A model generated the notes under the pieces. That model was not told where the DNA came from. It searched no databases and saw only the letters and a list, made by a program, of their open reading frames with translations. The position numbers and the translations under genes were made by a program. This document shows positions 22,110 to 31,518 of a stretch of 64,000 nt of DNA, one piece after another. This DNA comes from Candidatus Omnitrophota bacterium (GTDB lineage Bacteria; Omnitrophota; Gorgyraeia; Duberdicusellales; 4484-171): assembly GCA_020352775.1 (NCBI GenBank), contig CP070684.1, forward strand, positions 660,469 to 724,468, in the 5' to 3' direction. Numbering within the stretch: the first letter of the stretch is position 1; every line of letters begins with the position of its first letter.

Positions 22110-22661
22110 ATGGCTAATTTTAACGAAAAGTCCAAAATACTTAATCCCGAAGATATCCGCCGCTGCCTCTATCGGCTAACACATGAGATTCTAGAAAAAA
22201 CCTCAGATCCTAAAGAATTGGTGCTTATTGGTATCCAAACCCGCGGGGTGCATCTAGCATGCAGAATCAAAGAAATCATAAAAGAATTAGAAAAAGCCGA
22301 AGTTCCTTTAGGCACCCTTGATATTACTTTTTATAGAGATGATTTAACTGCTGTTGGTCCGGCACCGCTCGTAAAAGAAACCGCAATTAATTTTGACATC
22401 ACCGATAAGGTAGTAATTTTAATAGACGATGTTCTTTTTAGTGGAAGGACTATTCGGGCCGCGCTTGATCAGATTATGGATTTTGGCAGGCCCCGCAGGG
22501 TTGAGCTTTTGGTTTTGGTAGACAGAGGGCACCGGGAGCTACCCATCAGGGCTGATTTTGTGGGTAAAAACATCCCCACTTCAGATAAAGAGCAGGTCGA
22601 GGTAAGGCTTAAGGAAATTGACGGAAAAGACGAAGTAGTTATTTTAGAAAAAAGCTCATGA
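22110..22661 (+). CDS. pyrR: bifunctional pyr operon regulator / uracil phosphoribosyltransferase PyrR
   Basis: [14 protein letters not shown] plus the PRPP-binding motif [19 protein letters not shown]. Confidence 0.9.
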   Translation: MANFNEKSKILNPEDIRRCLYRLTHEILEKTSDPKELVLIGIQTRGVHLACRIKEIIKELEKAEVPLGTLDITFYRDDLTAVGPAPLVKETAINFDITDKVVILIDDVLFSGRTIRAALDQIMDFGRPRRVELLVLVDRGHRELPIRADFVGKNIPTSDKEQVEVRLKEIDGKDEVVILEKSS

Positions 22662-23599
22662 AAGCGATAACGTGGGAGAAAAAAGACCTTTTGGGCCTAG
22701 AAGATTTAAGCAAAGAAGAAATCGAGCTGATTCTTTCCACTGCAGAGTCGTTCAAGGAAGTATCAACCCGAGATATCAAGAAAGTACCAGCTTTGCGTGG
22801 AAAGACAGTGTTAAACCTCTTTTATGAGCCTTCCACGCGTACGCGCGTCTCATTTGAGGTGGCAGCTAAAAGGCTTTCGGCTGATGTGATAAATATTGCG
22901 GTGGAGTCCTCAAGCGTAAAAAAGGGCGAAACCTTAGTTGATACCGGAAGAAATATCCAGGCCTTAAAGGCTGATATTGTGGTGGTACGCCATGGCTCTT
23001 CTGGTGCGCCAGCGATGTTGGCCCAGCATCTAGATATCAGTGTGGTAAATGCTGGTGACGGCTGGCATGAGCATCCCACCCAGGCACTTCTTGATATTTT
23101 TACCCTAAAAGAAAAAATTGGCCACATTGAAGGGTTAAAAGTGGCCATTGTGGGTGACATCGCGCATTCGCGTGTAGCACGCTCAAATATTTGGGGCCTC
23201 ACCAAGCTCGGCGCCAAAGTTACGGTATGTGCCCCAGCGCTAATTATCCCACCGGCGATGGAAGAGTTGGGGGTTGTGGTCACTAATAATATTGATGAGG
23301 CGATAGAAGAGGCGGATGCAGTTAATGTTTTAAGAATGCAATTTGAGCGCGACTCGGAAACAGCATTTCCCAACCACCTTGCATATTTTAAGGAGTTCGG
23401 TATTACCGAAGAAAGACTCAAAAAAGCAAAAAAAGATATTATTGTGATGCATCCCGGACCGATTAATCGCGGCATTGAGATTTCTAGCGAAGTAGCTGAT
23501 GGACCCTCATCAGTAATACTTGAGCAGGTCACAAATGGAATCGCAGTAAGAATGGCAGTACTTTTCTTAGTGGCTCAGGGCCAGGAAATAAAAAAATGA
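22658..23599 (+). CDS. pyrB: aspartate carbamoyltransferase catalytic subunit
   Basis: [32 protein letters not shown]. Confidence 0.95.
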   Translation: MKAITWEKKDLLGLEDLSKEEIELILSTAESFKEVSTRDIKKVPALRGKTVLNLFYEPSTRTRVSFEVAAKRLSADVINIAVESSSVKKGETLVDTGRNIQALKADIVVVRHGSSGAPAMLAQHLDISVVNAGDGWHEHPTQALLDIFTLKEKIGHIEGLKVAIVGDIAHSRVARSNIWGLTKLGAKVTVCAPALIIPPAMEELGVVVTNNIDEAIEEADAVNVLRMQFERDSETAFPNHLAYFKEFGITEERLKKAKKDIIVMHPGPINRGIEISSEVADGPSSVILEQVTNGIAVRMAVLFLVAQGQEIKK

Positions 23600-24870
23600 G
23601 CATATTAGTTAAAAATGGACATATAGTTGATCCGGCAAATAGTATCGATGAAGTTAAGGATATTTTAATCGAAGGCGCCCAAATATCTAAAGTTGCTAGC
23701 AACCTCGCAGCTAGTGCCGAAACAGTTATTGATGCTAAAGGTAAAATCGTCATCCCAGGCCTCGTGGATATGCATGTACATTTGCGTGAACCAGGTAGAG
23801 AAAATAAAGAAACTGTTGCAAGCGGCACAAGAGCGGCTTTAAAAGGAGGAGTCACTTCAGTTTTGGCAATGCCTAATACCGAGCCAGCCATAGACTGTGA
23901 AGAGCTAGTAGAGTCACTTAAAAATATTATTAAGGACACTGCCCATAACAACGTCTACATCTGCGCAGCAATTACCAAAGGAAGGCTAGGCCAAGAATTA
24001 GTTGAAATCGGAAAGGTAAAAAAGAATGGGGTAATCGCGATTTCAGATGACGGTGCTTCAGTAGATAATGATGTTTTATTCCTAAAAGCATTGAAACAAG
24101 TTAAACGAGAAGATCTTCTCGTAATTTGTCATTGCGAAGATAAGGCGCTTTCAGGTCAAGGCGTGGTTAATCTGGGATTAACTTCTACCCGCCTGGGCTT
24201 AAGAGGTATTTCCAAAAAGTCTGAATATAAGCGTATTGAAAGAGACATCAAGCTGGCTGAAAGTGTTGGCGCAAAGATACATATTGCGCACGTAAGCTGT
24301 GCTGAATCCGTTGAGCTAATCGCGAAAGCAAAAAGAAAAGGAGTGCGAGTTAGCGCTGAAACCGCGCCCCATTATTTTGCTTTAAGCGAAGAAGCGGTTT
24401 GGGGCTTTGACACAAACAAAAAGATGAACCCACCATTAAGGAGTAAAGACGATGTGCTGGCAATAAAAGAGGGGCTAAAGAGCGGCGCAATAGATGCAAT
24501 TGCCTCAGACCATGCCCCGCATACCCAGAATGAGAAAGATATCGAGTTTGACCGGGCTGAATTCGGGGTTACAGGACTAGAGACTACTCTTTCGGTAACT
24601 ATCACCGAGCTAGTAGATAATGGTGTTTTATCCTGGCCCCAGGCAATAACTAAATTAGCACTTAAACCCGCACAGATTTTAGGAATAAACAAAGGACAAT
24701 TAAGTAAAGGGTCTGATGCCGATATCGTGGTGGTTGATCCCCAAAAAGAGTGGATTGCCACCAAAGAGAGCTTAGTTTCCAAATCCAAAAATTCAGCATT
24801 TTTAAATAGGCGTTTAAAGGGTGTTGTCGAATATGTAATTTGTGCAGGCGCAATCGCCTATAAAGCATGA
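23596..24870 (+). CDS. pyrC: dihydroorotase
   Basis: GLVDMHVHLREPG, and DHAPH in AIASDHAPHT. Amidohydrolase fold length. Confidence 0.9.
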   Translation: MSILVKNGHIVDPANSIDEVKDILIEGAQISKVASNLAASAETVIDAKGKIVIPGLVDMHVHLREPGRENKETVASGTRAALKGGVTSVLAMPNTEPAIDCEELVESLKNIIKDTAHNNVYICAAITKGRLGQELVEIGKVKKNGVIAISDDGASVDNDVLFLKALKQVKREDLLVICHCEDKALSGQGVVNLGLTSTRLGLRGISKKSEYKRIERDIKLAESVGAKIHIAHVSCAESVELIAKAKRKGVRVSAETAPHYFALSEEAVWGFDTNKKMNPPLRSKDDVLAIKEGLKSGAIDAIASDHAPHTQNEKDIEFDRAEFGVTGLETTLSVTITELVDNGVLSWPQAITKLALKPAQILGINKGQLSKGSDADIVVVDPQKEWIATKESLVSKSKNSAFLNRRLKGVVEYVICAGAIAYKA

Positions 24871-25322
24871 AGTTTATCCTCACTAAAGAACTGGGCAGAT
24901 TAGTAAGGTGGCTGCGTATCTTAGGGTTTGATACAGCTTATCATGACAGCGATAACATAGGGACTTTAATCATCCAAGCTTTGAGGGAAAATCGTATCAT
25001 TGCCACGCGCAGGAAAGCCAAGGTAGATGATTTGGAGAAAAAAACAATAGTGATACACTCTGATAAAATCCAGGACCAACTACAGGAAATAAAAGCAAAG
25101 TTGAATTTAGCCATTGATGAGAGTAAAATGTTTAGCCGCTGCACGGTTTGTAACGAGGCGCTTAAAGAGGTAAAAAAAGAAGAGGTAAAAACAGAAGTAC
25201 CGCCTTACGTATATGAACATCACGATGAGTTTATGCGCTGCAGGAGGTGTCGAAAAGTTTACTGGCGGGGCACGCATTGGGGCAATGTAAATAAGGCTTT
25301 AAAGAGATTAGGTATAACTTAA
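24867..25322 (+). CDS. Mut7-C RNase-domain (DUF82, PIN-like) protein with C-terminal zinc ribbon
   Basis: N-terminal LGRLVRWLRILGFDTAY. CTVCN...CRRCRKVYWRGTHW zinc ribbon. Its start overlaps the pyrC stop. Confidence 0.7.
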   Translation: MKFILTKELGRLVRWLRILGFDTAYHDSDNIGTLIIQALRENRIIATRRKAKVDDLEKKTIVIHSDKIQDQLQEIKAKLNLAIDESKMFSRCTVCNEALKEVKKEEVKTEVPPYVYEHHDEFMRCRRCRKVYWRGTHWGNVNKALKRLGIT

Positions 25323-25326
25323 AGAA

Positions 25327-26565
25327 ATGCAATTTGTAGCTGATTTTCATATTCATTCACGGTATTCGCGCGCCACCTCTAAAGAGATGAACGTGCCCAC
25401 TTTAGCGAAATGGGCCAAACTAAAAGGAATACAGCTTTTAGGTACGGGAGATTTTACGCACCATCTCTGGTTACAGGAATTAAAGCAACACTTACAGCCC
25501 CAAGGAAAAACTGGTTTATATCTATATGAAGGAGTAAATTTTATTATCTCAGGTGAGATCTCAAGCATTTTTTCTCAAGAAGGAAAAGTATACAGAGTGC
25601 ATAATGTATTTATGGTGCCTTCATTTGAGATTGCCGAAGAAATAAACAAAATGCTTGCAACCTACGGAAATATTGCTTCTGATGGCCGGCCCATCCTAGG
25701 CTTGAGCTGTAAGAAATTAACCGACGAAATATTCAAAATATCAGATGAGGTGATGCTTATTCCTTCGCATATCTGGACGCCCTGGTTTTCAGTGTTTGGC
25801 TCAAACTCCGGGTTTGACTCTTTAGAGCAAGCCTATGGTAAATATATAGAAAAAATAACCGCACTTGAAACCGGGCTTTCTAGCGATCCCGCCATGAATT
25901 GGCGCCTTTCAAAACTGGATAAATACAGTTTGGTTTCCAATTCTGACAGTCACTCACCTTCCCGTATCGGTAGAGAAGCCAATGTCTTGGATTGTGAGCT
26001 CAATTATTGGGAAATAAAAAAGGTACTGGAGGAAAAAGATAAGAGTAAATTCTTATATACTATCGAGTTTTTTCCTGAGGAAGGAAAGTATCATTATGAT
26101 GGCCATCGCAATTGCCAAATTCGTTTTTCACCCAAGGAGACAAAAGAACATAAAGGGGTCTGTCCGGTGTGCGGTAAGCCCTTAACGAGAGGGGTGTTGT
26201 ATCGCGTAGAAGAGTTAGCAGATAGGCCCGAAGGCTTTATTCCGGATAATGCCATTGATTATAAGAGCCTGGTTCCTTTTGATGAGATAATTGCAGAAGC
26301 CAAAGGAGTAGGCAAGCAGAGTAAATCTGTGATGAAAGATTATCTGGATTTAGTCAGTGCCTTTGGTTCTGAATTTAATATTATGGTTAATGCCTCTGAA
26401 GAAGAACTGTTTTCCAAGATGCCGGAAAGAATCGCCAAAGGCGTTAAGAATGTAAGAGATAAAAATTTAAATATTCTACCTGGTTATGACGGAGAATACG
26501 GTACAATTGAAATATTTCGTGAAGAAGAGGGCAAAAAGAATAACGAACAAATGACCTTATTTTAG
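25327..26565 (+). CDS. endonuclease Q-like protein (PHP domain + zinc finger; TIGR00375-like)
   Basis: ADFHIHSRYSRATS PHP-type metal site. CPVCGKPLTRGVLYRVEELADR zinc finger. About 410 aa, as for EndoQ. Confidence 0.7.
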   Translation: MQFVADFHIHSRYSRATSKEMNVPTLAKWAKLKGIQLLGTGDFTHHLWLQELKQHLQPQGKTGLYLYEGVNFIISGEISSIFSQEGKVYRVHNVFMVPSFEIAEEINKMLATYGNIASDGRPILGLSCKKLTDEIFKISDEVMLIPSHIWTPWFSVFGSNSGFDSLEQAYGKYIEKITALETGLSSDPAMNWRLSKLDKYSLVSNSDSHSPSRIGREANVLDCELNYWEIKKVLEEKDKSKFLYTIEFFPEEGKYHYDGHRNCQIRFSPKETKEHKGVCPVCGKPLTRGVLYRVEELADRPEGFIPDNAIDYKSLVPFDEIIAEAKGVGKQSKSVMKDYLDLVSAFGSEFNIMVNASEEELFSKMPERIAKGVKNVRDKNLNILPGYDGEYGTIEIFREEEGKKNNEQMTLF

Positions 26566-26574
26566 GAGAAGCAT

Positions 26575-27069
26575 ATGAAAACAGCAATTATTTTTTATTC
26601 ATTTTCAGGAAACACAAGAAGAGCAGCGCAATTTCTTAAAGAGCAGCTAGCAAAAAAGGGGGTAGCGGCAGACCTTATTGATTTAAAGCTCAAAGAAGAT
26701 GTAAAGGCATTTTTTAAGCAGTGCCAGCATGCCCTTTTTAAAAAGACACCGGAACTGGTAGGTGCTGACTATAATTTAGAAAAGTATGGCTTCCTTATGT
26801 TTTCTTCTCCGGTTTGGGCCTTTACTATTACCCCGGCCCTGCGAAGTTATCTCGGAGGGATAAGCAGCTTAGAAAATAAAAAAGCAGCCTGTTTTTTAAC
26901 TTATGGAAGCGGAAGCGGAAGCGCCAAAGCCTTAAGGGAACTGGAGAGCGTTTTGCGCGAAAAAGGAGCCCACATTATGTTCTCCAAGAATTTATCAGGA
27001 TTTAGAACTAAAAATACTACCTATTTAGAAGAGCGTTTCAGGCCTTTATTGGAAATTATTACTCCATAA
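26575..27069 (+). CDS. flavodoxin-family protein
   Basis: MKTAIIFYSFSGNTRRAAQFL is a flavodoxin-like FMN phosphate-binding loop. Confidence 0.65.
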   Translation: MKTAIIFYSFSGNTRRAAQFLKEQLAKKGVAADLIDLKLKEDVKAFFKQCQHALFKKTPELVGADYNLEKYGFLMFSSPVWAFTITPALRSYLGGISSLENKKAACFLTYGSGSGSAKALRELESVLREKGAHIMFSKNLSGFRTKNTTYLEERFRPLLEIITP

Positions 27070-27077
27070 ACTATACA

Positions 27078-27150
27078 GTCCCTATAGCTCAAATGGATAG
27101 AGCGCAGGCCTCCGGAGCCTGAAATGCAGGTTCAATTCCTGCTAGGGACA
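27078..27150 (+). tRNA. tRNA-Arg(CCG)
   Basis: GTCCCTATAGCTCAAATGGATAGAGCG, anticodon stem CAGGC/GCCTG with loop CTCCGGA, T-arm GCAGGTTCAATTCCTGC. Confidence 0.9.
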
Positions 27151-27167
27151 TTTAGGAAGGGATAGAG

Positions 27168-27632
27168 ATGAGAAAAAAAATCAATATTGCTGTTGTGGGG
27201 GGATATGACTGTTCCAAAAAGTACTATAAGATTGCGCATGCTTTAGGTCAGCTCATCGCACAGGAAGGGTGGGTGTTAGTTTGTGGGGGTCGCTCTGGAG
27301 TAATGGAGGCAGCAGCTAAAGGTGCCAAAGAAAAAGGGGGCCTAACTGTTGGGATTTTGCCTAGCTTTGACGGCAAAGACGCAAACCTTTATATAGATGT
27401 GAAAATACCCACCGGCTTAGGATATGCCCGTAACATCTTTGTGGTGAGAGCTGCAGATATTATTGTGGCAGTGGATGGCAAATACGGCACTTTATCCGAA
27501 ATAGCATTTGCATTTAATGAAGAGAAAACAGTAATTGGAATCGATACCTGGGATATACCGGGAGTGATAAAAGTTAAAACCCCAAAAGAGGTGGTGGCAA
27601 AAATAAAAAAGAAGCTAGGAATAAGAAAATGA
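27168..27632 (+). CDS. TIGR00725-like / LOG(SLOG)-superfamily Rossmann protein
   Basis: IAVVGG...LVCGGRSGVMEAAAKGAKEKGGLTVGILP is the characteristic LOG-like GGxxGxM motif. Confidence 0.65.
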   Translation: MRKKINIAVVGGYDCSKKYYKIAHALGQLIAQEGWVLVCGGRSGVMEAAAKGAKEKGGLTVGILPSFDGKDANLYIDVKIPTGLGYARNIFVVRAADIIVAVDGKYGTLSEIAFAFNEEKTVIGIDTWDIPGVIKVKTPKEVVAKIKKKLGIRK

Positions 27633-28174
27633 ACCCCTTAAGAGGAGAGACAGAAAAAAGCATGATCAATAAAGCAGAGATAAAAGAACTTATAGACAAA
27701 AATAACTTGGTCGAGGATTATATAGATCTTGATGCCCAACTTACTCCCAATGGGTTTGATTTAACTGTAGAGAAGATTTTTAAATTTAGTGGTGCGGGGT
27801 CGTTGGATTTTTCTAATCGTGAACGCCAGCTTCCTGAAACAGAAGAAAACACCCCTCAAAAATCGAAACCCGAAGATAAATACGGTTGGTGGCAGCTACC
27901 TAAAGGCGTATATAAAGTAAGGACCAACGAAACTGTAAATATACCTAATAATTTGGTTGCCTTGGCATTCAGCCGCACTTCGCTTTTGCGCATGGGTGCC
28001 TTTACTCAGAACGGTGTTTGGGATGCAGGATTCAAAGGAAAGAGTGAATTTGTTTTGGTAGTTTATAATCCTTGCGGTATAAAAATAAAACAAAATGCAC
28101 GGGTAATACAACTCGTATTTTTAAGAGTAGAGGAGACAGAAAAGTATAAAGGTATATATAATAATTTAAAATAA
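27629..28174 (+). CDS. dut: archaeal-type dUTPase (dCTP deaminase superfamily, MJ1102-like)
   Basis: LDFSNRERQLPE, FSRTSLLRMGA, ARVIQLVF and YKGIYNN line up with my recollection of the M. jannaschii dUTPase. Overlaps the upstream gene by 4 nt. Confidence 0.7.
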   Translation: MNPLRGETEKSMINKAEIKELIDKNNLVEDYIDLDAQLTPNGFDLTVEKIFKFSGAGSLDFSNRERQLPETEENTPQKSKPEDKYGWWQLPKGVYKVRTNETVNIPNNLVALAFSRTSLLRMGAFTQNGVWDAGFKGKSEFVLVVYNPCGIKIKQNARVIQLVFLRVEETEKYKGIYNNLK

Positions 28175-28175
28175 G

Positions 28176-28403
28176 ATGGGCCAAGCAAAATTTAACTTTA
28201 AAGAGGTAACGGAGCAAGAAGAGGGTTTGGATTTTTCCAAAAAGGTTCCTTGCCCTCACTGTAAAAAACCCATTCCCTATAATGCCACAATGTGTCTTTA
28301 TTGCGGTGAAACCGTCACAACTCCCACAAAACCTTCACCTTTTATGTGGGTGATTGTCGGTGTAGTGATTATTGGTATTCTTTTTATGCTGTTTAAAGGA
28401 TGA
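28176..28403 (+). CDS. zinc-ribbon protein with C-terminal transmembrane helix
   Basis: CPHCKKPIPYNATMCLYCGE followed by the hydrophobic stretch FMWVIVGVVIIGILFMLF. Confidence 0.55.
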   Translation: MGQAKFNFKEVTEQEEGLDFSKKVPCPHCKKPIPYNATMCLYCGETVTTPTKPSPFMWVIVGVVIIGILFMLFKG

Positions 28404-28407
28404 GAAA

Positions 28408-28803
28408 GTGAGCACCTTACACATACAGACTAAAAAGCGCAGTGAATTTATTGACATCACGCGTGATATTCAAAAAGCAGTAAATAGCCAAAAAATAAAT
28501 GAAGGAATTTGTGTTGTGTTTTGCCCCCATACTACTGCCGGCCTAACCATTAATGAGAATGCGGACCCTTGCGTGAAAAAAGATATTATTAGCCATTTAG
28601 AAGAATTGGTTCCCGAAGATAAGCCATATTCACATTCAGAAGGAAATTCTGATTCCCACATAAAGAGCTCTTTAGTGGGCAGCTCACTAAACATTATTAT
28701 TGAAAATAACCAACTAGTTTTGGGAACCTGGCAGGGTATTTATTTTTGTGAGTTTGATGGTCCCAGAAGCAGAAACGTATTTATAAAAGCAATAGGAGGA
28801 TAA
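28408..28803 (+). CDS. yjbQ: YjbQ/UPF0047 family protein (secondary thiamine-phosphate synthase-like)
   Basis: Start moved to GTG 28408 (AAAGGA upstream). FIDITRDIQ, CVVFCPHTTAGLTINENADP and HIKSSLVGSS are family hallmarks. Confidence 0.8.
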   Translation: MSTLHIQTKKRSEFIDITRDIQKAVNSQKINEGICVVFCPHTTAGLTINENADPCVKKDIISHLEELVPEDKPYSHSEGNSDSHIKSSLVGSSLNIIIENNQLVLGTWQGIYFCEFDGPRSRNVFIKAIGG

Positions 28804-28814
28804 CCGAAACTTAA

Positions 28815-29618
28815 ATGCCGGAATTACCAGAAGTTGCAACAATAAGAGCACAACTAAAACGAAGCGTTCTAAACAAAAGAATAAAAGAAGTCATTATAAA
28901 AGATAAAAGGCTAATCAAGGGAATCCCGCCACAAACCTTCAAATCTAAAATAAAAGGAAAAACCATAAAAGATATTTTACGAAGGGGCAAGGTTCTTGTT
29001 TTAAAGCTGGATCAGAAGCTATTTCTTGTAATTCATTTGCGCATAAGCGGCTGGCTAATGCTGAGCAGAAAAGAAGAGCGATGCGCCAGAGTGATACTGG
29101 CTCTTTCAGATAATAAATTGCTAAACTTTTGCGATATGCGGGCATTGGGAGATATAAAGGTGGTATAGGATTGGAATCAGCTGTCGATAATTAAAACCAT
29201 GGGGCCAGAACCCTTAGAGATCAAAAAAGAAAATTTCTTAGCACTTTTTAAGAATAGAAAAGCAATGGTAAAGCCCCTTATTATGGACCAAAGATTTCTA
29301 GCGGGGGTAGGAAATATTTATGCTCAAGAGGCTTTGTTTTGTGCTGGAATTCATCCTGAAAGAAAAGCAAACAGCATTAAAAAAGAAAAGTTAGAAAAAC
29401 TTTATGAGTGTCTCATTTCAATTCTTAGGGTGGCTATCAATAAAAAGGGCTCTTCAGCTAATACTTATCGCCAACTCGATGGAACGCAAGGAAGTTATAT
29501 CCCATTATTAAAGGTATACCAACGAGAAGATGAGCCTTGTTTTAAGTGCAAAGCGCCTATTAGGCGCAAGGTAATGAGTTCAAGAGGAACCTATTTTTGT
29601 CTAAGGTGTCAGAGATGA
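28815..29618 (+). pseudogene. fpg: formamidopyrimidine-DNA glycosylase (Fpg/MutM) interrupted by one in-frame TAG (29166-29168)
   Basis: N-terminal half MPELPEVATIRAQL. C-terminal half GPEPL...FLAGVGNIYAQEALFCAGIHP...CFKC...CLRCQR. Both ORFs share one frame, separated by VV*DWNQLSIIKTM. Confidence 0.85.
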
Positions 29619-31510
29619 AAACCTCCGGGCAGAGACTATTTTTTTCAGAGCAGGATATCAGAGAACTTATTGCGCCTTGCAAAAATAAACCCTATGTTTT
29701 TTTAGAAAGCGCACTTATTGACAAGGAAAATCACAGCTCGTTATTGTTTACTGATTTTAGCGATATCCTCACCTTTCATCATCATGATGACCCGCACTTA
29801 TTTTTTAATAAAGTTCAAGATTACCTGGCTAAAGGATACTGGGCATGCGGTTACTTTGACTATGAATTTGGCTATTTTCTGGACCCAGCCTTAAAAGAAC
29901 TAAGAGATAAAAGTGAGGCGCCCCTTGCGTGGGTAGGGATGTCTCGACCCCCACACATTATCCGGCATAAGGATTTAAAAAATAATTTAGAGAAAGAAAA
30001 TACTAATCTTTCCTACAGCGTAAAAAATATCCACCCTAATATCAGCGAAAGAGAGTATGCTGGCTGCATACAAAAAATAAAAGAGCATTTAGAAGAAGGG
30101 TTTAGTTATCAAGTAAATTATACCTTTAAGATGAAATTTGATTTTGAGGGTGATATCCTTGATTTTTACCTTAACCTGCGCCGGGCTCAACCCACCCCCT
30201 ACTTAGCGCTTATTAATACTGGCAATCAAAAAATACTCTCGTTTTCTCCGGAACTTTTTTTCAGAATCAATGGCAAACAAATTATAACCCGGCCTATGAA
30301 AGGAACTGCCTGGAGAGGACTAACCCCCCAAGAAGATTTAACCAAAAGAGATGGGTTCGCCAAAAGCGAAAAGATCAGGGCCGAGAATGTAATGATCGTA
30401 GATTTGTTGAGAAACGATTTAGGGAGAGTATCACAAAGGGTTTGGGTTCCTAAGCTTTTTGAGATAGAAAAATACCACACTCTTTTTCAGATGACCTCAA
30501 CTATTCAGGCGGAATTAAAAAATGATCTCAGCCTTTTTGATATTTTCTCTTCCTTGTTTCCTTCTGGATCGGTGACGGGCGCTCCCAAAATAAAAACAAT
30601 GCAGATCATTAAAGAATTAGAGAAAGAGCCGCGCGGAGTATATACTGGTGCAATTGGATATATTTCTCCGAACCGAGACGCTTGTTTTAACGTTGCTATA
30701 AGGACAATTTCGCTCAATCAGGATAAGGCTGAGTTGGGGATAGGAGGAGGAATTGTTTATGACTCCTTAAAAGAAAGCGAATATTGTGAAGCCCTTCTTA
30801 AAGCCTCTTTTCTTACTAGAAAGTTTCCTCCCTTTAAGCTTATCGAAAGCATCTTATGGACCCCCAGCAAAGGCTATTATTTACTTGAGTTGCATCTTGC
30901 GCGCCTTAAGCGTTCCGGTGAATATTTTTCTATTCCTTTGGACATAAATAAAGTAGAAAAATCTTTAAAAGAGCTTGCCACAAATTTTAAAGGAGAAAAG
31001 GTTAAGGTAAGGGTCTTAGTGGGTAGAAACGGCGAAATTCTCATCGAAGAAGAACGCTTGGCAGATATCTGTCAACCAGTAAAGGTAAAGCTGAACACAC
31101 AAAAAATAGATTCTTACAATTGTTTTCTTTACCATAAGACTACTAATCGCCTAATTTACGATTGCCAGCGCCAGAAAGCTTTAGAAGAAGGATTTTTCGA
31201 TGTTATTTTTTTAAATACTAGAGAGGAGCTTAGCGAAGGAGCAATCACTAATATTTTCTTATCAAAACAAGGCATTCTTTATACTCCAAAGCTATCTTGC
31301 GGGCTTCTGCCCGGAGTTTTAAGGGAACATCTTTTAAGTGAAGGGAAGGTGCGCGAATGCACCCTGTATCTAAAAGACCTAAAAGAAGCTGATAAAGTTT
31401 ATATCGGGAACTCGGTAAGGGGGCTTCTGGAAGTAGAAGTTATTTTTAGCCAAGATTTAAAGGAGAATGCATTGTTAAAGGTAGGCCCCTCTGATATAAT
31501 AAAAACTTAA
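29615..31510 (+). CDS. pabBC: fused aminodeoxychorismate synthase component I / aminodeoxychorismate lyase (PabB-PabC)
   Basis: Chorismate-binding core SFSPELFFRI...TRPMKGT...SLFPSGSVTGAPK...RGVYTGAIGY. The C-terminal ~250 aa are class-IV aminotransferase-like. ATG 29615 overlaps the fpg stop. Confidence 0.8.
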   Translation: MKTSGQRLFFSEQDIRELIAPCKNKPYVFLESALIDKENHSSLLFTDFSDILTFHHHDDPHLFFNKVQDYLAKGYWACGYFDYEFGYFLDPALKELRDKSEAPLAWVGMSRPPHIIRHKDLKNNLEKENTNLSYSVKNIHPNISEREYAGCIQKIKEHLEEGFSYQVNYTFKMKFDFEGDILDFYLNLRRAQPTPYLALINTGNQKILSFSPELFFRINGKQIITRPMKGTAWRGLTPQEDLTKRDGFAKSEKIRAENVMIVDLLRNDLGRVSQRVWVPKLFEIEKYHTLFQMTSTIQAELKNDLSLFDIFSSLFPSGSVTGAPKIKTMQIIKELEKEPRGVYTGAIGYISPNRDACFNVAIRTISLNQDKAELGIGGGIVYDSLKESEYCEALLKASFLTRKFPPFKLIESILWTPSKGYYLLELHLARLKRSGEYFSIPLDINKVEKSLKELATNFKGEKVKVRVLVGRNGEILIEEERLADICQPVKVKLNTQKIDSYNCFLYHKTTNRLIYDCQRQKALEEGFFDVIFLNTREELSEGAITNIFLSKQGILYTPKLSCGLLPGVLREHLLSEGKVRECTLYLKDLKEADKVYIGNSVRGLLEVEVIFSQDLKENALLKVGPSDIIKT

Positions 31511-31518
31511 AAATAGCC

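Noticed and set aside
22822-23951. Long antisense ORFs (236 aa and 140 aa) opposite pyrB and pyrC. Similar ones lie opposite gyrB, gyrA, nagB, yvcK, parB and atpB.
   Set aside because: They lie entirely within strongly recognisable genes on the other strand. They have low-complexity Ser/Ala/Pro-rich translations with no motifs. They are typical shadow ORFs.
26905-26922. A (GGAAGC)x3 tandem hexamer inside the flavodoxin-like gene, considered as a possible phase-variation tract.
   Set aside because: The repeat unit is a multiple of three (it encodes GSGSGS), so copy-number change would not shift the frame. It is too short to call a functional microsatellite.
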